The translations under genes and the position numbers were made by a program. Positions 24,432 to 36,633 of a stretch of DNA of 64,000 nt are shown piece after piece. Numbering within the stretch: the first letter of the stretch is position 1; each line of letters opens with the position of its first letter. This stretch comes from Rhina ancylostomus. Taxonomy: Eukaryota. The stretch lies in assembly GCA_030265395.1 (NCBI GenBank), contig JARFYF010000094.1:47148742-47212741 (forward strand). The letters run 5' to 3'. The notes beneath the pieces were generated by a model that was given only the letters and a program-made list of their open reading frames with translations, was not told the DNA's origin and searched no databases.

Positions 24432-24900
24432 TTAGAACCATAGCACGATAGAACACTACAACACAGAAAACAGGCCATTCGCCACTTCTAGTCTGTGCTA
24501 AAACGTTATTCCACTAGTCCCATTGACCTGCACCCAGTCCATAACCCTCCAGACCCCTCCCGTCCATGTATCTATCCAATTTATTCTTAATACTTAAGAG
24601 TGATCCTGCATTTACTACATCAGATGGCAGCCCATTCCATACTCCCACCACTCTTTGAGTGAAGAAGTTCCCCCTAATGTTNNNNNNNNNNNNNNNNNNN
24701 NNNNNNNNNNNNNNNNNNNNNNNNNNNNNNNNNNNNNNNNNNNNNNNNNNNNNNNNNNNNNNNNNNNNNNNNNNNNNNNNNCTCCGCATTCCAGGCAGCA
24801 TCCTTGTAAATCTCCTCTGCACCCTCTCTATGGCTTCCACATCCTTCCTGTAGTGAGGACACCAGAACTGAGCACAATATTGCAAGTAGGGTCTGACCAG
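24432..24900 (-). mobile_element. Young CR1 LINE 3' end
   Basis: LVRPYLQYCAQFWCPHYRKDVEAIERVQRRFTRMLPG...FFTQRVVGVWNGLP; tail at about 24432-24470. Confidence 0.9.
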
Positions 24901-26285
24901 GGAAGATGGTGATTCCCACACCTGCCATTGCCAGTGGCCATGGAGGCGATGTGAAGGAGGGTCCCACGGCTGGGGAGGCATCTACCTGTGTGAATTGGGT
25001 AAGGGGTCTCCCTTTGGGTGAAGGTTTTTCCCGTTGGGTGAGGGGTGAGGGGGCTCCATTTGGGTGAATGGTGAGGGTCTCCAAGTAGGTGAGGGGTGAA
25101 GGGTTTCCCATTGGATGAAGTGTCTCCCGTTGTGTGAGGCTTCCCGAGTGGGTGACTGGTCGGGTGGGGCGTCTCCCAGTGGGAACGGTGGGGCCTTGCA
25201 GGAGAGACAAATCGTGGAGTCTGACGGTTTGGAGACCGGAGCCCTCACACACCGCCCCACACCACCACCCTGGAGGTGCCGAAATAAACAGGAGCAGGTC
25301 AGGAACTCCGGCTCAGGACCTTCTCTGTTGTAGGTTTAGGGTTGGGGGTAACCCTCGGGGGCGAGATCTCTCCATCCGTCCCTGTGCCCAGCCCCACGGC
25401 GTCCCAGTTCCAAACCCATCGGGTCCCCATACCCTGTCTCCGGGAGCCCCTCCCTCATTCCCCTACTCCCCTCCCCTTACACGGCTCCCCGTCTCCGGCA
25501 CCCCTTCCATCCCTCCCTTCCCTGCACCCCGCCCCGTCTCTGGAATTAGCTCCCATTTGTGGGCAACACTCGCATCCGGTGTTGTTACCCCGCAATCACA
25601 GGCGCTTCTGATTCGTGGACAACGCTGTCACCCAGTGGTGTTCCGCCGCATTCACAGTGAGCGCAGGGAAACAGCAGAGAAAACCCACAACAGGACATCA
25701 CAGGAACAGGCCCCTGGCCCACAGTGTCTGTGCTGACACGGTGCTGAAATAAACTAACCCCCTTCTGCCTGTATGGTGCCCGTCTGCGGACCCACCCTTC
25801 CAGGACATTTCTATACATCACAGACAGCTGGTCCCAGTACGGATCCCTGTGGGACACCACCAGTCATCGACCTCCTGCCGGAGTAATAACCCTCCACCTC
25901 CGAGCTCGCGGAGACATGGGGGAGACCTCCGGGGAGAGTTGGTTGTCCGCCTGAGATTGGGGTGAGTTGTGTGAATCGGGGAGGGCTGTGGTCTCGGTGG
26001 GCGACGGAGGTGGTGGGAGGGGAAAGGGATGGGATGGAGAGAAGGGAAGGGGAACGGGAGGGAATGGAGGGGCGTAGGAGAGGGAGGGGAGAGCGATCAT
26101 GGTTTGAGAGGGGACGGGATGAAATGGAGGGGACGGGAATGGGAGGCGGAGGGTTTTGCAGAGGGGATTGGGTGGAGGGAAATGGGGAAGGGAGAGCTGG
26201 AATTGGGGGGAGGGGTGTAGGGAAGGGGAGGTGGGAGAGGAGGGGATGCGGGGTGTGGTTAAGGATAGGAGGGATAGAGCTTTAA
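24901..26285. other. GC/CpG-rich low-complexity block between two CR1 segments
   Basis: Abrupt switch to GC-rich, CpG-containing sequence. Contains gggtgagggg-type repeats (25000-25150), a C/T tract (25445-25540), a G/A tract (26010-26280) and embedded LINE remnants (25690-25870). Confidence 0.8.
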
Positions 26286-26700
26286 AATTCTCCTGCCCCT
26301 TGCACCCTCCCAGTAACGCCCCAACTCCCGTACTCAGTACTTTGATTTACGAATGCCAGGATGCCAAAAGCCTTCTTTACAACCCTGTCTACCTGTGACT
26401 CTACTTTCAGGGAATTATGTATCTGAACTCCCAGATCCCTTTGTTCCTCCGCACTCCTCAGTGCCCTACCATTTACTGTGTCTGTCCTCCCTTGATTTGT
26501 CCTTCCAACATGCAACACCTCACACTTGTCTGCATTAAACTCCATCTACCATTTTCTGGCCCATTCTGCCAGTTGGTTCAGATCCCTCTGCAAGCTTAGA
26601 AAGCCTTCCTCGCTGTCCACTATGCCTCCAATCTTTGTGTCATCAGCAAACTTGCTGATCCAATTTACTACGTTATCATCTAGATAATTGATATAGACAA
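26286..26700 (-). mobile_element. CR1 LINE RT fragment
   Basis: WISKFADDTKIGG; MEFNADKCEVLHVGRTN...DLGVQIHNSLKVESQVDRVVKKAFGILAF. Confidence 0.9.
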
Positions 26701-27595
26701 CTGATTTAAGAAAAAAGACAAGTGCCCTAACCTCCCAGAATTAGAACTTGCAGTAGATAAATCAGTGAGCTGCCAGAACACTGCAAGATACCACACAGCT
26801 TGCTACCTCTTCTTAAACACGTGTTTCAGACCAGATATCCATAATGATGTATCTTCATCACTAGGATGCCAGAAGTAATGGAGTGAAATTTGGACAAGTT
26901 TCATAATGAATGGGCGATGTGACCTGCCTGAAAACTGCCCAAGAAAAGAAAACAAAGGCTATGCTAATTTGTACTATTTGAAGCCAGGATCTTCATTAAT
27001 CCAAAACAAATTCAGAAACCACACTTTTGTTTTTCTCCATAAGTCCAAAAATGTTGTCTGAAGGACAACTCATGCCTGAGAAACTTGATTGTAGTGACAG
27101 TCTATTGTTCTACCATTTGGGAAATTTGGGACATTATTAAGGCAGATCTTTCAGGTGTGGTTAGAAAATATTTTTATAGGCAGAGGGTTCAGAATTCATT
27201 TGAAAACAGCAATCGATGCTCAGTCAGTTGTTAATTTTAGCTCTGGGATTGATATTTGTTAATTAAAGGTATCAAGAAATGTACGATAAGGTAGGTACAT
27301 GGCATTAGGACACAGATCTGTATGATCTTATTGAATGATGGCTCATATTTGAGGATCGTCTTCCCTCGAAGTTTTATTCAAATCAAAAATGAAAGTGACT
27401 TTAATGACCATAGGTCATTAAGCTGTCTCTTGTGAATAGGTCTTACATTCTACATCAGAATTAATCTAAAGTAGTTGTACTTGCTATTTGGTGACCCCAT
27501 GGTTCCTTGGGCTTCATGAGTCCTCTGTTTAAAAATATATACTTTACAACACAAAATAGTATATGAACCATCTCACTCACTTCTGCTTGTTTCAG

Positions 27596-27826
27596 AGTAA
27601 ACTTCTGTTGCTGAGACTGTGGTATCATGAAAGTTGCCGTGTGTTCAAAGACCGGCTGGTGAATGATGCTGACCGCACCTGGTTTGAAAATCTGATGCAC
27701 AACAAGCTTTTAGATTTGGGCACAAACTTTGAAGAGATTGCTCCACATACGCCTGTGCTCTATGGGGACTTCATGGCCATTGGAACAGATAACAAGACCT
27801 ATGAATTTATTGCTGACCATGAAAAG
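27596..27826 (+). CDS. DNAH1: DNAH1 exon 10 of window
   Basis: ttcag|AGT...GAAAAG|gtgatt; SKLLLLRLWYHESCRVFKDRLVN...PVLYGDFM...ADHEK; 231 nt. Confidence 0.95.
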
Positions 27827-27959
27827 GTGATTTTTTTTTCACTCTGGACTTACCCTCAATTATTAGAATTTGCTTCACACTGTCAACATTCCCCAGGAGC
27901 AATACTGGAGCAGTACAGGACCTGACTTTTTTTCCCTTGGATAATACAAAGACCTAGAA

Positions 27960-29150
27960 ACTCACTTGTGCAACCCCAGAAAAAGCAATGTTGCACAGGT
28001 GAAAACTGTATTTCAGTCGTTAATATCATATGGTCTTTTAAATGCAAGATTTTTGACTACCTTTGACAACCAGTTCAGCGAAATGACATCAACAGGTGTA
28101 CATTTCCCAAAATTAGTTTCTGATGAGGTTTTCAATAATATTGGTCTGAATGCCAACTGGGTTTGTTCGTTCATGGAGGAACTACGCTTCAATATGGCCA
28201 AAGGCTCAAGCTGACCACTACTTGAAAGATCAGGCATATTGCTCTTCCAATCACAATTAGAGTTCTGCAAACCTTTCCGCAAAACAAACCAGGAGTACTC
28301 TGCACTAAACTGGGATCCCAGTCATTACACCCTCAATAGGTTCAGAAGGTTCCCACTCAAAATGCCAGAAATCCTGCAAATGGAGGATTTCCATGTTCAT
28401 GGGATTAAATATGAGTTTTAAACAAATCAGGAGAAAGATATTTGACCAAAGAGGTAGCACCAAAAATCTTCTCGACCTTTCCCCAGGAAATAACCCATAA
28501 AGGGTCACAGCAAAATACAACCAGCACTCTTTCAGCCACTGGGGAGTGTTGGCAAAGAATGACTAGATGCTATGTTGATGAGATAGCGGTTGGCAGAGAC
28601 CCAGCAGACAGATGATCCTGCATAGATTTGTATAGATCCATGTGCATGCAGGAGGCAGGGGGATCTTGGCTGTAACTTTAAGAACAGCACGGGGATTTGT
28701 GTTTGTTTCTCCTTGAAGTTGTTCTGTGGTCTTTTGGAACCACAAGTAAACGCCCACACAAATGCCTGTGCTGTGGAGTCGCTCAGGGTCACCCCATTCT
28801 CACAATCCTTGCAAGCCATTTATGCTGATGTATGCTACATATGGCCTATTTGTTGCTTATTGGTAGATTGCAAAAATGAAAATAACTGAGCTGGAAAAGT
28901 GGGGAATCTTTCATTTTCAGTCAATGTGAATTTTATATTCACATCTGAAGCGGGCATTTGGCAGCATTCTGAGTCTCTCAAAAGTACAGATATTCATGTA
29001 GGGTACTTTTGACTTTGCAGTTAGCTTCCAGACAACAAGGAGGAACATGGCATAAGGCACTTGTTTCCTTTTCTGAGGTGCCTCTACAGGTTCCTTTGCC
29101 CCCTGGAAGGAGTGCATTGTCCTCCCATCATTGTGGCATTCCTTACCAAT
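27960..29150 (-). mobile_element. Probable PIF/Harbinger transposase fossil
   Basis: Frameshifted minus-strand pieces AVLKVTA / AHGSIQIYAG / LGLCQPLSHQHSI (28560-28690) resemble the HARBI1-type AVKVTAAL-ASGSFQ-CGISQSAAHRCI segment; downstream TNIIEN and KNLAFKR resemble C-terminal motifs. Confidence 0.4.
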
Positions 29151-29294
29151 AGTACCCAGTTGCTGTAAGAGTGCTCATTATCTTGTGTTGTAACCCTATA
29201 TGGGCTACCTCTTCAAGTCAGAGCTATCAAAAAAGGTGCTGCTAATATAGGAAGTTCAAATCATTGTACCCACTACTCCTGTAGGAAAGAAGCA

Positions 29295-29575
29295 TTACAG
29301 TGGTGCAGCAGCTCGCACTGCTGCCTCACAACTCCAGAGACCTCAGTTCATTTCTGACCTTGAGTTTTAACATTCTACCCGTGACTGTTGGGATGATCCC
29401 CTTGCTGTTCTGGTTTTCTCCTCCATGTCAAAGATGTTCAGGTTGGTAGGTTAATTAACTATTGTCAATTGCCTCTAGTGTAAGTCAGTAGTTAGAGAAT
29501 TGGGGTTGTGGGAGAATGGACATGTACATGATAGGCTAAAGGGCCTGTTTTCATGTTGTTTGGCTTTATGACTCG
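29295..29575 (+). mobile_element. Decayed tRNA-derived V/HE1-like SINE
   Basis: acagtggtgcagc...ctgcctcacaactccagagacctcagttc..., ggttggtaggttaatt, tail gggcctgtttt. Confidence 0.7.
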
Positions 29576-30370
29576 AAGTTTCACTGTCTTGCTACTGACA
29601 ACAACAAATGCTGTGATTTCTATTAAGCTTTTTAAAACCCCATTAAGGAGATTATTAATGCTGTTTTCAGGCCAGAGAGATGTGAAGATGAATTTATGGG
29701 CCAAAGTGTCATATAGTTCCACAATGCAGATAGAGAGCAGCTGGGACATCTGCCTGGATCATGGAAATTAGTCTCAAAGTCTACATTGTTGTCAGTTTTG
29801 CTTTATAGTACTTTCCTTGCAATGCAACCTTATGACTGTTCTCTTCTTTATTGGCCCATTCAGGCAGTGCCCTAATAAGCTAACTGATTAATTGTAATTT
29901 CTATTGAGGATATACTGCCAACAAATAAGGATGGTCCCAGGCTCAAACCCTAATTTGTGTAAAATCAGAACGTACTAGAAGTCCATCATTTTTAGCCGAA
30001 GAAAGAGAAATATCAACCATAATTTCCCATTGTTTTCTACTCAGTTATATTAAAATTTGTGCTAGTGAAGGACATGGATGAAGTTAGGACTTGGCTTTTC
30101 ACAAATCAATTACCATGTCAACTCTCACAGGCCAGACGTGCATGTAATCAAACTGCCTGAGGATCTGAGGCTGCTGTAGATGGCAAAATGATTAACTCTA
30201 TGTAGAATGATTACACTTAAGCCTGGACTGTGAGTGTTGATTGCCAAGCATGCAACTGTCAGTACCAAGTATGTCATCATCCAGCACCATTTCCAAGTGG
30301 AAATCAGCAGCCATAAATATTGATGGATTTAGCTAAAAAGAGCCATCAGCAACATCCAATCTCAGGTGAA

Positions 30371-31337
30371 TGTATAACTTACGGTAAAGAACGTCTGTCC
30401 TGTTCCTTCTCTCAAACCTGTGCTGGTGTTACCGAAATGCTGCATGACACCTGACCTGAGCCCCCTGGATTTGTGGGATAGGATGATTCCTTTGATCCCA
30501 ACCTTCACTAGATTCTTCTGTTGCAACCCTCCTTGGTTGTTGCCCAAACCAATATCCAAAAGATCTCTGGCCCTCAGGAAGTGTCTGGCCAGTGCCTTTG
30601 AAGTGTTGACCCTTACCTCAGTCAACTAACTTAGGTTAGGTAAATGACCGTACCGATCTTAATTAATTAAAAGCTCGCACTTTATTGTATCAACACAAAT
30701 NNNNNNNNNNNNNNNNNNNNNNNNNNNNNNNNNNNNNNNNNNNNNNNNNNNNNNNNNNNNNNNNNNNNNNNNNNNNNNNNNNNNNCCTTCCAACTTATAA
30801 CACTGAAATAAGGGGATTTCCTGTTGGCCAAACGATTGATCCTTCTTCTCCCTTCCCCAGAGATGGGCATTTTCCTTGCAATAGTTAGTCTTTGGAGTTC
30901 TCTACACCCAAAATCCTTCATTATTATTCTCTTTTCTTATCAGTTCTGCACCATTACGCTTTATTTCCATTGGTTCTGACTTATCTGGCTAGTCTGTTTC
31001 CATTTTTCATTGGCTCTAACCAAAGGCTAAAAAGAGCATTACCTCATTGCTCTTCCCCCAAATAAGAACTTGCCTCTTATGTCATTCCCTTGCTTTTCCC
31101 TGAGTCAGGCCATTTTAAACTAGTTACAGCCAGTCCAAGTCAGACCCTGGGCTCGGGTTACCTCAGTTCAAACACAGTCTGCTCTTCCATAAGTCTGCAG
31201 CAGGTTATTGGTAGGGGCTTTGTTATGTTCACTTTGAATTGCTCTGATCCAGCCATCCCTGAGCAAGAACCAAAGTTCACGAAACAGTTCACTAAATGGT
31301 GATCGTAAGAACAGTGGTCTCCGTTCCTTTCACCACA
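30371..31337 (-). mobile_element. Probable solo LTR (ERV or LTR retrotransposon)
   Basis: TG...CA ends. On the minus strand, CCAAT boxes (31013-31009, 30973-30969), TTATAA (30795-30800) and AATAAA (30686-30681) occur in U3-R-U5 order. No TSD seen. Confidence 0.45.
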
Positions 31338-32011
31338 TGGCAACCACAAAGACATTTGTTTTGTCTACTTCCACTGTCCTTGACTCATTCCAGTTAGCTT
31401 CTTTGCAGGCTTTTAATTCCTTTATGGCCAACAGAAGCAAAATAATCAACTATATTTTTGAGCCAAGTTGATATTGCTGCCTCCCCCATTTGATTTGAGA
31501 AGTGGAGTTGGATGCAATAATTATGCTTGGCATTTATGGATCCCCTTTCTATGAGCACCCAAATGAAATTCCCAGATGAATACGAGTTGTTAGGCTTATC
31601 CTACTTCCATTCAATGCCATTACATTGCCTGCACTAATTGTAGACACAGACGTTCAGTCCTCCTTCAAATCCTAGAAATCCTGATACAAAGCGAAGAGCG
31701 AATGCAGACCCAACTACGTGAAGCTCTGGGAAATGAGCATTTCTAAGCAGCACAAGGGAGGAATATTGTTGTCGTACCTACTATTGAAGTTGAATAAGTC
31801 ATTTTGCTAGAATCAACCTCTGTTGTTTCTTCAATCCTTGACACTCTCTTACCTATTAGGTTTAGCATTATATTACAATGTGATGTTTCTGTATTTATAC
31901 TCTCAGAACACTATCAGTCGCAGCATTTGGACCAATGTGTGAGTACACCTGCCATTTATCTATGTGAAAAAAGCAGAATGTAAGTCAGTAATATCTCTTT
32001 ATTCCTTGCAG

Positions 32012-32208
32012 ATGCTGAATGTTATTGAAGAGTACATGGATGATTTCAATCAGACTAGCACAAACAAGTTGAAGCTCATTCTTTTCATGGATGCCATCCA
32101 ACACATCTGTAGAATTACCAGGATTTTGCGGCAGCCAATGGGCAATGCCTTGTTACTGGGAGTTGGGGGCAGTGGAAGACAGTCCCTTACCAAATTAGCA
32201 TCCCATAT
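32012..32208 (+). CDS. DNAH1: DNAH1 exon 11 of window (AAA4 P-loop)
   Basis: tgcag|ATG...CATAT|gtaagt; MLNVIEEYMDDFNQ...GNALLLGVGGSGRQSLTKLASH; 197 nt, phase 0/2. Confidence 0.96.
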
Positions 32209-32659
32209 GTAAGTAGTAGTAAGTTACAACTGTTAGATGTGCCACTACCCCGAACAAATATGTAGTGAAGATAAAATGTGGAGCACCGCCCTGCTCAAGA
32301 CCTAGTTTGGACTGTTCATCTTAATGTGGCACTATCTAGACAGTAGATAAATATGGGATATAGTCTTAAGCTGAAAAAATCTAAATACCATAGCTCATAT
32401 GGGAGAAGACAAGGTGAATAGGAAGCTAAGGGTAAATAATGTGGAACTTAACTGTTAAAGGCATGTGAATTAGAATCGCCACCTATATTCTGGTAAAGTC
32501 CATTTTCTCATTCATAGACCTTACCAAACTCGCACTTATCACCAGTTCTCTTTGACTGTGTTACCCCTCCAGACACACAACCCCCCCCCCAACCCGCCAC
32601 TATATTTAAATGTATTCCTATCCATGTCATCTTCTAGAATCTCAAACAAGGATTTACTA

Positions 32660-32935
32660 CTTAAAAATGAGGAGTTGCCCATTTAAGACAGATGAGGCAA
32701 AATTTTTCCCTTGTAAGACTTTAGAATTCTTTTCCTCAAAGGGCAGTGGAAACAGAGCCTTTAAGTGTTTTTAAGGCAGTGGAAGGTAGATTCTTGATAA
32801 GCAAAGGATTTAAAGGTTACTGGGAGTGAGCGAGAAAACAGAGTTGAAATTGCAATTAAATCAGCCGTGATCTTATTGAATGGTGGAGCAGGATCAAGGG
32901 GCTGAGTGCCCTATCCCTGCTTCTAGTTTGTATAT
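32660..32935 (+). mobile_element. CR1 3' end fragment
   Basis: cccatttaagacagatgagg...ggcagtggaaacagag...tgatcttattgaatggtggagcaggatcaaggggctgagt. Confidence 0.7.
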
Positions 32936-34149
32936 ACTTTAAAATGTGTATTCTCCTTAAGTGGCTTATCCTCCTGCTGCTTCCACTTATTTGGAAGTTG
33001 TTTGCCTCTAGGTCCAGCTATTGAGAGAGCTCTATCTGTTCCTTATTAGACCTCTCAAAACACATCACCTCACATTTCTCATGATTTGCCATTGCTCTGC
33101 CCAACTTATCAGCTGATCAGTATCATTCTGTAGCCTAAGGCTACCTTTATCACTATCAACAACATCACCACTTCCTTTATTCACACCTATGTCCATAATG
33201 GGTCCCAGCACTGATCCCTATGATACACAGGCTTCCAATAACAAAAGCAAACCCCGACCATCATCATCTGTCCCCCACAGTCTCAATTTGGGCGTCTTTA
33301 TTTAACTCCCACTTGTGTTTTCTGTCCCTTGCTACTTCTTAGTTCCATCCACATTCTTATTCTTCTTCATTTTCTCATCTAAATTCCTTCCTTCCTTTAT
33401 TCCATTCCGTAATATCAGGACTACCCACTTCCTTCTGTGACTTGTCTGTTACTTTTGAAAGTATCTTGTAATATGTAATTCACACCCTTTGTCACCTTGC
33501 AACCATGTCACTAAATGGCTATGAGATAATACCCATTTATTAACTGCGCTGTCAGTTCACCAGCCTTGCTAGAAATACTGTGTGCATTCAGATAAAGAAT
33601 TTAATTTTGTGGACGCACAAGAGGCTGCAGATGCTGAACCTAGAGCAATTTTGTCTTTGCTATAACTGATGTAACATTGGGGGATCAGATATGAAATGTA
33701 TTTGGCCCCTCAGCTCATCAACATTGAGTGTTTCTGGACTTGATGGGTGAGTCCAATGATAGAGCGAGAGGTCAGGTGAACACTGTAGTTAGTGACAGTT
33801 CTTTATGAATCTGTTGGCTCGCCTCAGTGTGATCTGGTCAGTAGAGGATCAAAAGCCAGAGGGCACACATTTAAAATAATTGACAGAAGAATGGAGAGGA
33901 GATTAGAAAGAAGTTCTCATCCAGGGAAAAACAGAAACTCACTGCCTGAAAGGGTGACAGAGGCAGAAATTCTCATCAGACTTAATGTGCACTAGAATAA
34001 TTGGGACCCGCATGACTATGGAGCTAGTGTTAAATGGTGAAATTAGGCTGGGAAGGTCTTTTGCAATTGACACAGATACGACGAGCCAAATAGCCACCTA
34101 CTAAATTGAAATTGTTCTATGATTCTGTGCTTCTGTACGATCATTGAGG

Positions 34150-35950
34150 CAGAGAGCTCTACCAAACAATGTAAGAGGTTCTCGAGGCTCCAAGCAAATA
34201 AGAAAACATATGCCATCTGCTTAACCAAAATGAAGTTGCTGGCTGCAAAATGTGACTGGAAACCTGACTGATTTGTTGATCTGCAACAAGATTGTATGTG
34301 AAAATTGAGGTGCAGGATTGAAGGCCATCTGTGAGGGAAACAGAGCTGGCAAAATGTATCAAATGCTATGGGCCTCAGAGCTATCTAAAGCCAGAGTTGA
34401 GTTGGATAGTGAGCAAGATAGTTCTGTCCATGCAATCAAATAGATACACAGAAGGAAAGAAAAGTGTCAGTTTTAAATGTATCCAAATATTGTGGCCAAC
34501 AGCATGTTTGCCAAGAGGAGACAACCCTAGTCTATGGGAAGGAATGATGAATTATATTTTACCCTTGCACAGACGATAAATCACATTTCATCCTTGCACA
34601 GAGGGAGGAAGCCTAAATGCAAGCATTATAGTACTAGTAGAGATTTAAGATCAGTCCACAAAATTGCACAGGTTGACCACAATTACAATGGAACATCAAA
34701 GGGAAAGTGTGACAAGATCAAAGTAATGACACAGAACCTAGACAGAGAGGGAATGGAACAAGTGAACAGGGTAGAAGAGGTCCCAACAGACTTTTCTGCC
34801 ACTTTGGAAATTGAAGGAAGAGATAGGTGCAGTTCCAGGTAGACACTGGTTCAACATAAAAGAAAATTCATGAGAAGTTTGCAAGGAAGCATGAAGTGAC
34901 AAAGCCAGTGCCAACAATATACATCCATAAACCTAGTCCAACTGGATAAGTGCAAGCTGAAAATGATAAATCCAAAGAACAGAGAGAAGTACAAAGCAGA
35001 GCTTGTGTTCATGAAAAGATTGTGTGTAGATCACTGATATCTGTGCAGCTTAGCAAATGAAATTGATCACAGAATGGAGGATGAGAGTATAACTGAGTTC
35101 TTTGCTCAACACAAAGCAGCTGCAAGTGAATTTGTAGATGTGTTTGAGGGAACAGGAAAACTGGTGGGAAGGTACTATCAGGAGATGGATAACACTTAAG
35201 CAGCCAATTGTCCACTGTCTAAAGTGTGTACCAGTAGCCATCAAAGAGAAACCGAAAGCTGAGTGTGACTGACTAACACAGAAATCATTACACATTAAAC
35301 ACTCCTGCCCTTTGGGTATCGGTGTGAGTGGATAAGTCAAATGAATTGACAGTCTGTTTAGATCCATTTGATCTGAAATAAGGCACTGAAGAAGGCCCAT
35401 TATTTAATGAAGACAATTGAAGATATCTTGTGAGATCTGAGTACGGTAAATGCTGTATGTTAAATGCCAAGAACAGACTTTGGCATGTAGAGCTTCACAA
35501 TGAGTTTCTTATTAATGAACTTTGGTACACGTTTTTGGAGGTGCCAGTAGCTGAGGAAGAATTTTGGGAATGGCACACATCTAGGGAGCCTTCAGTGAAG
35601 GCTGCATCACACACTTAAAGAACCATAGAGTAATAGTCTGCCTTTCTCCAAAGACCATAGCATATGATATCCCCATCTTTGCAGAAGGGCAGATTGTTGC
35701 AGAGAGATGAGAACTTTAATGTATAGTTTCATGTGGAAGTAGAGCCATCCTCAGTGCAGTTTGAGTATGGTGGCAAAGAAGTTCTTTTGCATCAGAAAAG
35801 ACATGTATGATGCACAATAGGCCACTGCTGGATTTGTGTGAGAACTCCACAGTGGAAGATCTACTTGTGCAGAAGGCCAAACGTCTTTCACAATTTTGTA
35901 AAGCCTTTCCTCCTTTCGTCCAGAAATAGCACCTCAGAGGCTGGGTCAGA
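34150..35950 (+). mobile_element. Second decayed Ty3/Gypsy gag-pol relic
   Basis: gag-like LICNKIVC / RETELAKCI / ASELSKAR; protease VQFQVDTGS (34827-34853) and KCKLKMINPKNREKYKA; RT-like CLDPFDL, HYLMKTIEDIL, LNAKNRLWHVEL (about 35460), EEF. Confidence 0.75.
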
Positions 35951-36497
35951 TCAGTGTGCTTTTGGGGAGGGAACTATTTCCATTGGATGTGGAAGCTGAA
36001 GGTGACCGCTCTTCACAGCTAAAACTCTTCAGGTTTTCTGCATTATTTCTCTTGGAGAGCAAACCACCACTAAAGTGATAATACTAGCTCTATGGTGAAA
36101 GGATGTTAGTTAAGATTATAGCTATGTCATTTTAATGCTGTCCTCATTAAAAGCATGCCTTTTCTCTTTCTTTCAAATGCTACCTACCTTGAGGCAGAAG
36201 GACGTGCACTTCACTTTCTCACATAGTGCTAGGAGTGCTGGAGAAAGCAATTCATAGTTGAACCATGACTCACTATAACAAATGGTCCAAGCAAACATAG
36301 TCCATAATGAGCAAAACATTTATCTTTTAAACCCCCACACCTGTTGCTCCCAATACTTAACTAAGTAATTGCTGCTGTATGTATCCTCAAATCAACATAA
36401 GAGATTTTATTTATTGAAATTGTATATGTGCTGGTACTCCAGCGTAGGATCTTTTTTGTCACATGTTCATTTAAAATTACCTGTTTATTTTTACCAG

Positions 36498-36633
36498 GGC
36501 CGAATTTGATTGTTTTCAAATTGAACTTGCCAAAAATTATGGGCCATCAGAATGGAGAGAAGATATCAAGCGGATCTTGATGAAAGCAGGAATACAATAC
36601 CAACAGATCACCTTCCTTTTTGTAGACACACAG
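36498..36633 (+). CDS. DNAH1: DNAH1 exon 12 of window
   Basis: accag|GGCC...ACACAG|gtattt; AEFDCFQIELAKNYGPSEWREDIKRILMKAGIQYQQITFLFVDTQ; 136 nt, phase 2/0; absent from the ORF track. Confidence 0.95.

Noticed and set aside
24674-26398. Cluster of 60-200 aa ORFs on both strands
   Set aside because: Pro/Gly-rich translations of GC-rich low-complexity DNA with few stops; no recognisable domain.
32159-32185. AAA4 Walker A has R instead of K (GVGGSGRQS)
   Set aside because: Recalled as the normal state in DNAH1 and related inner-arm dyneins; not a species-specific lesion.
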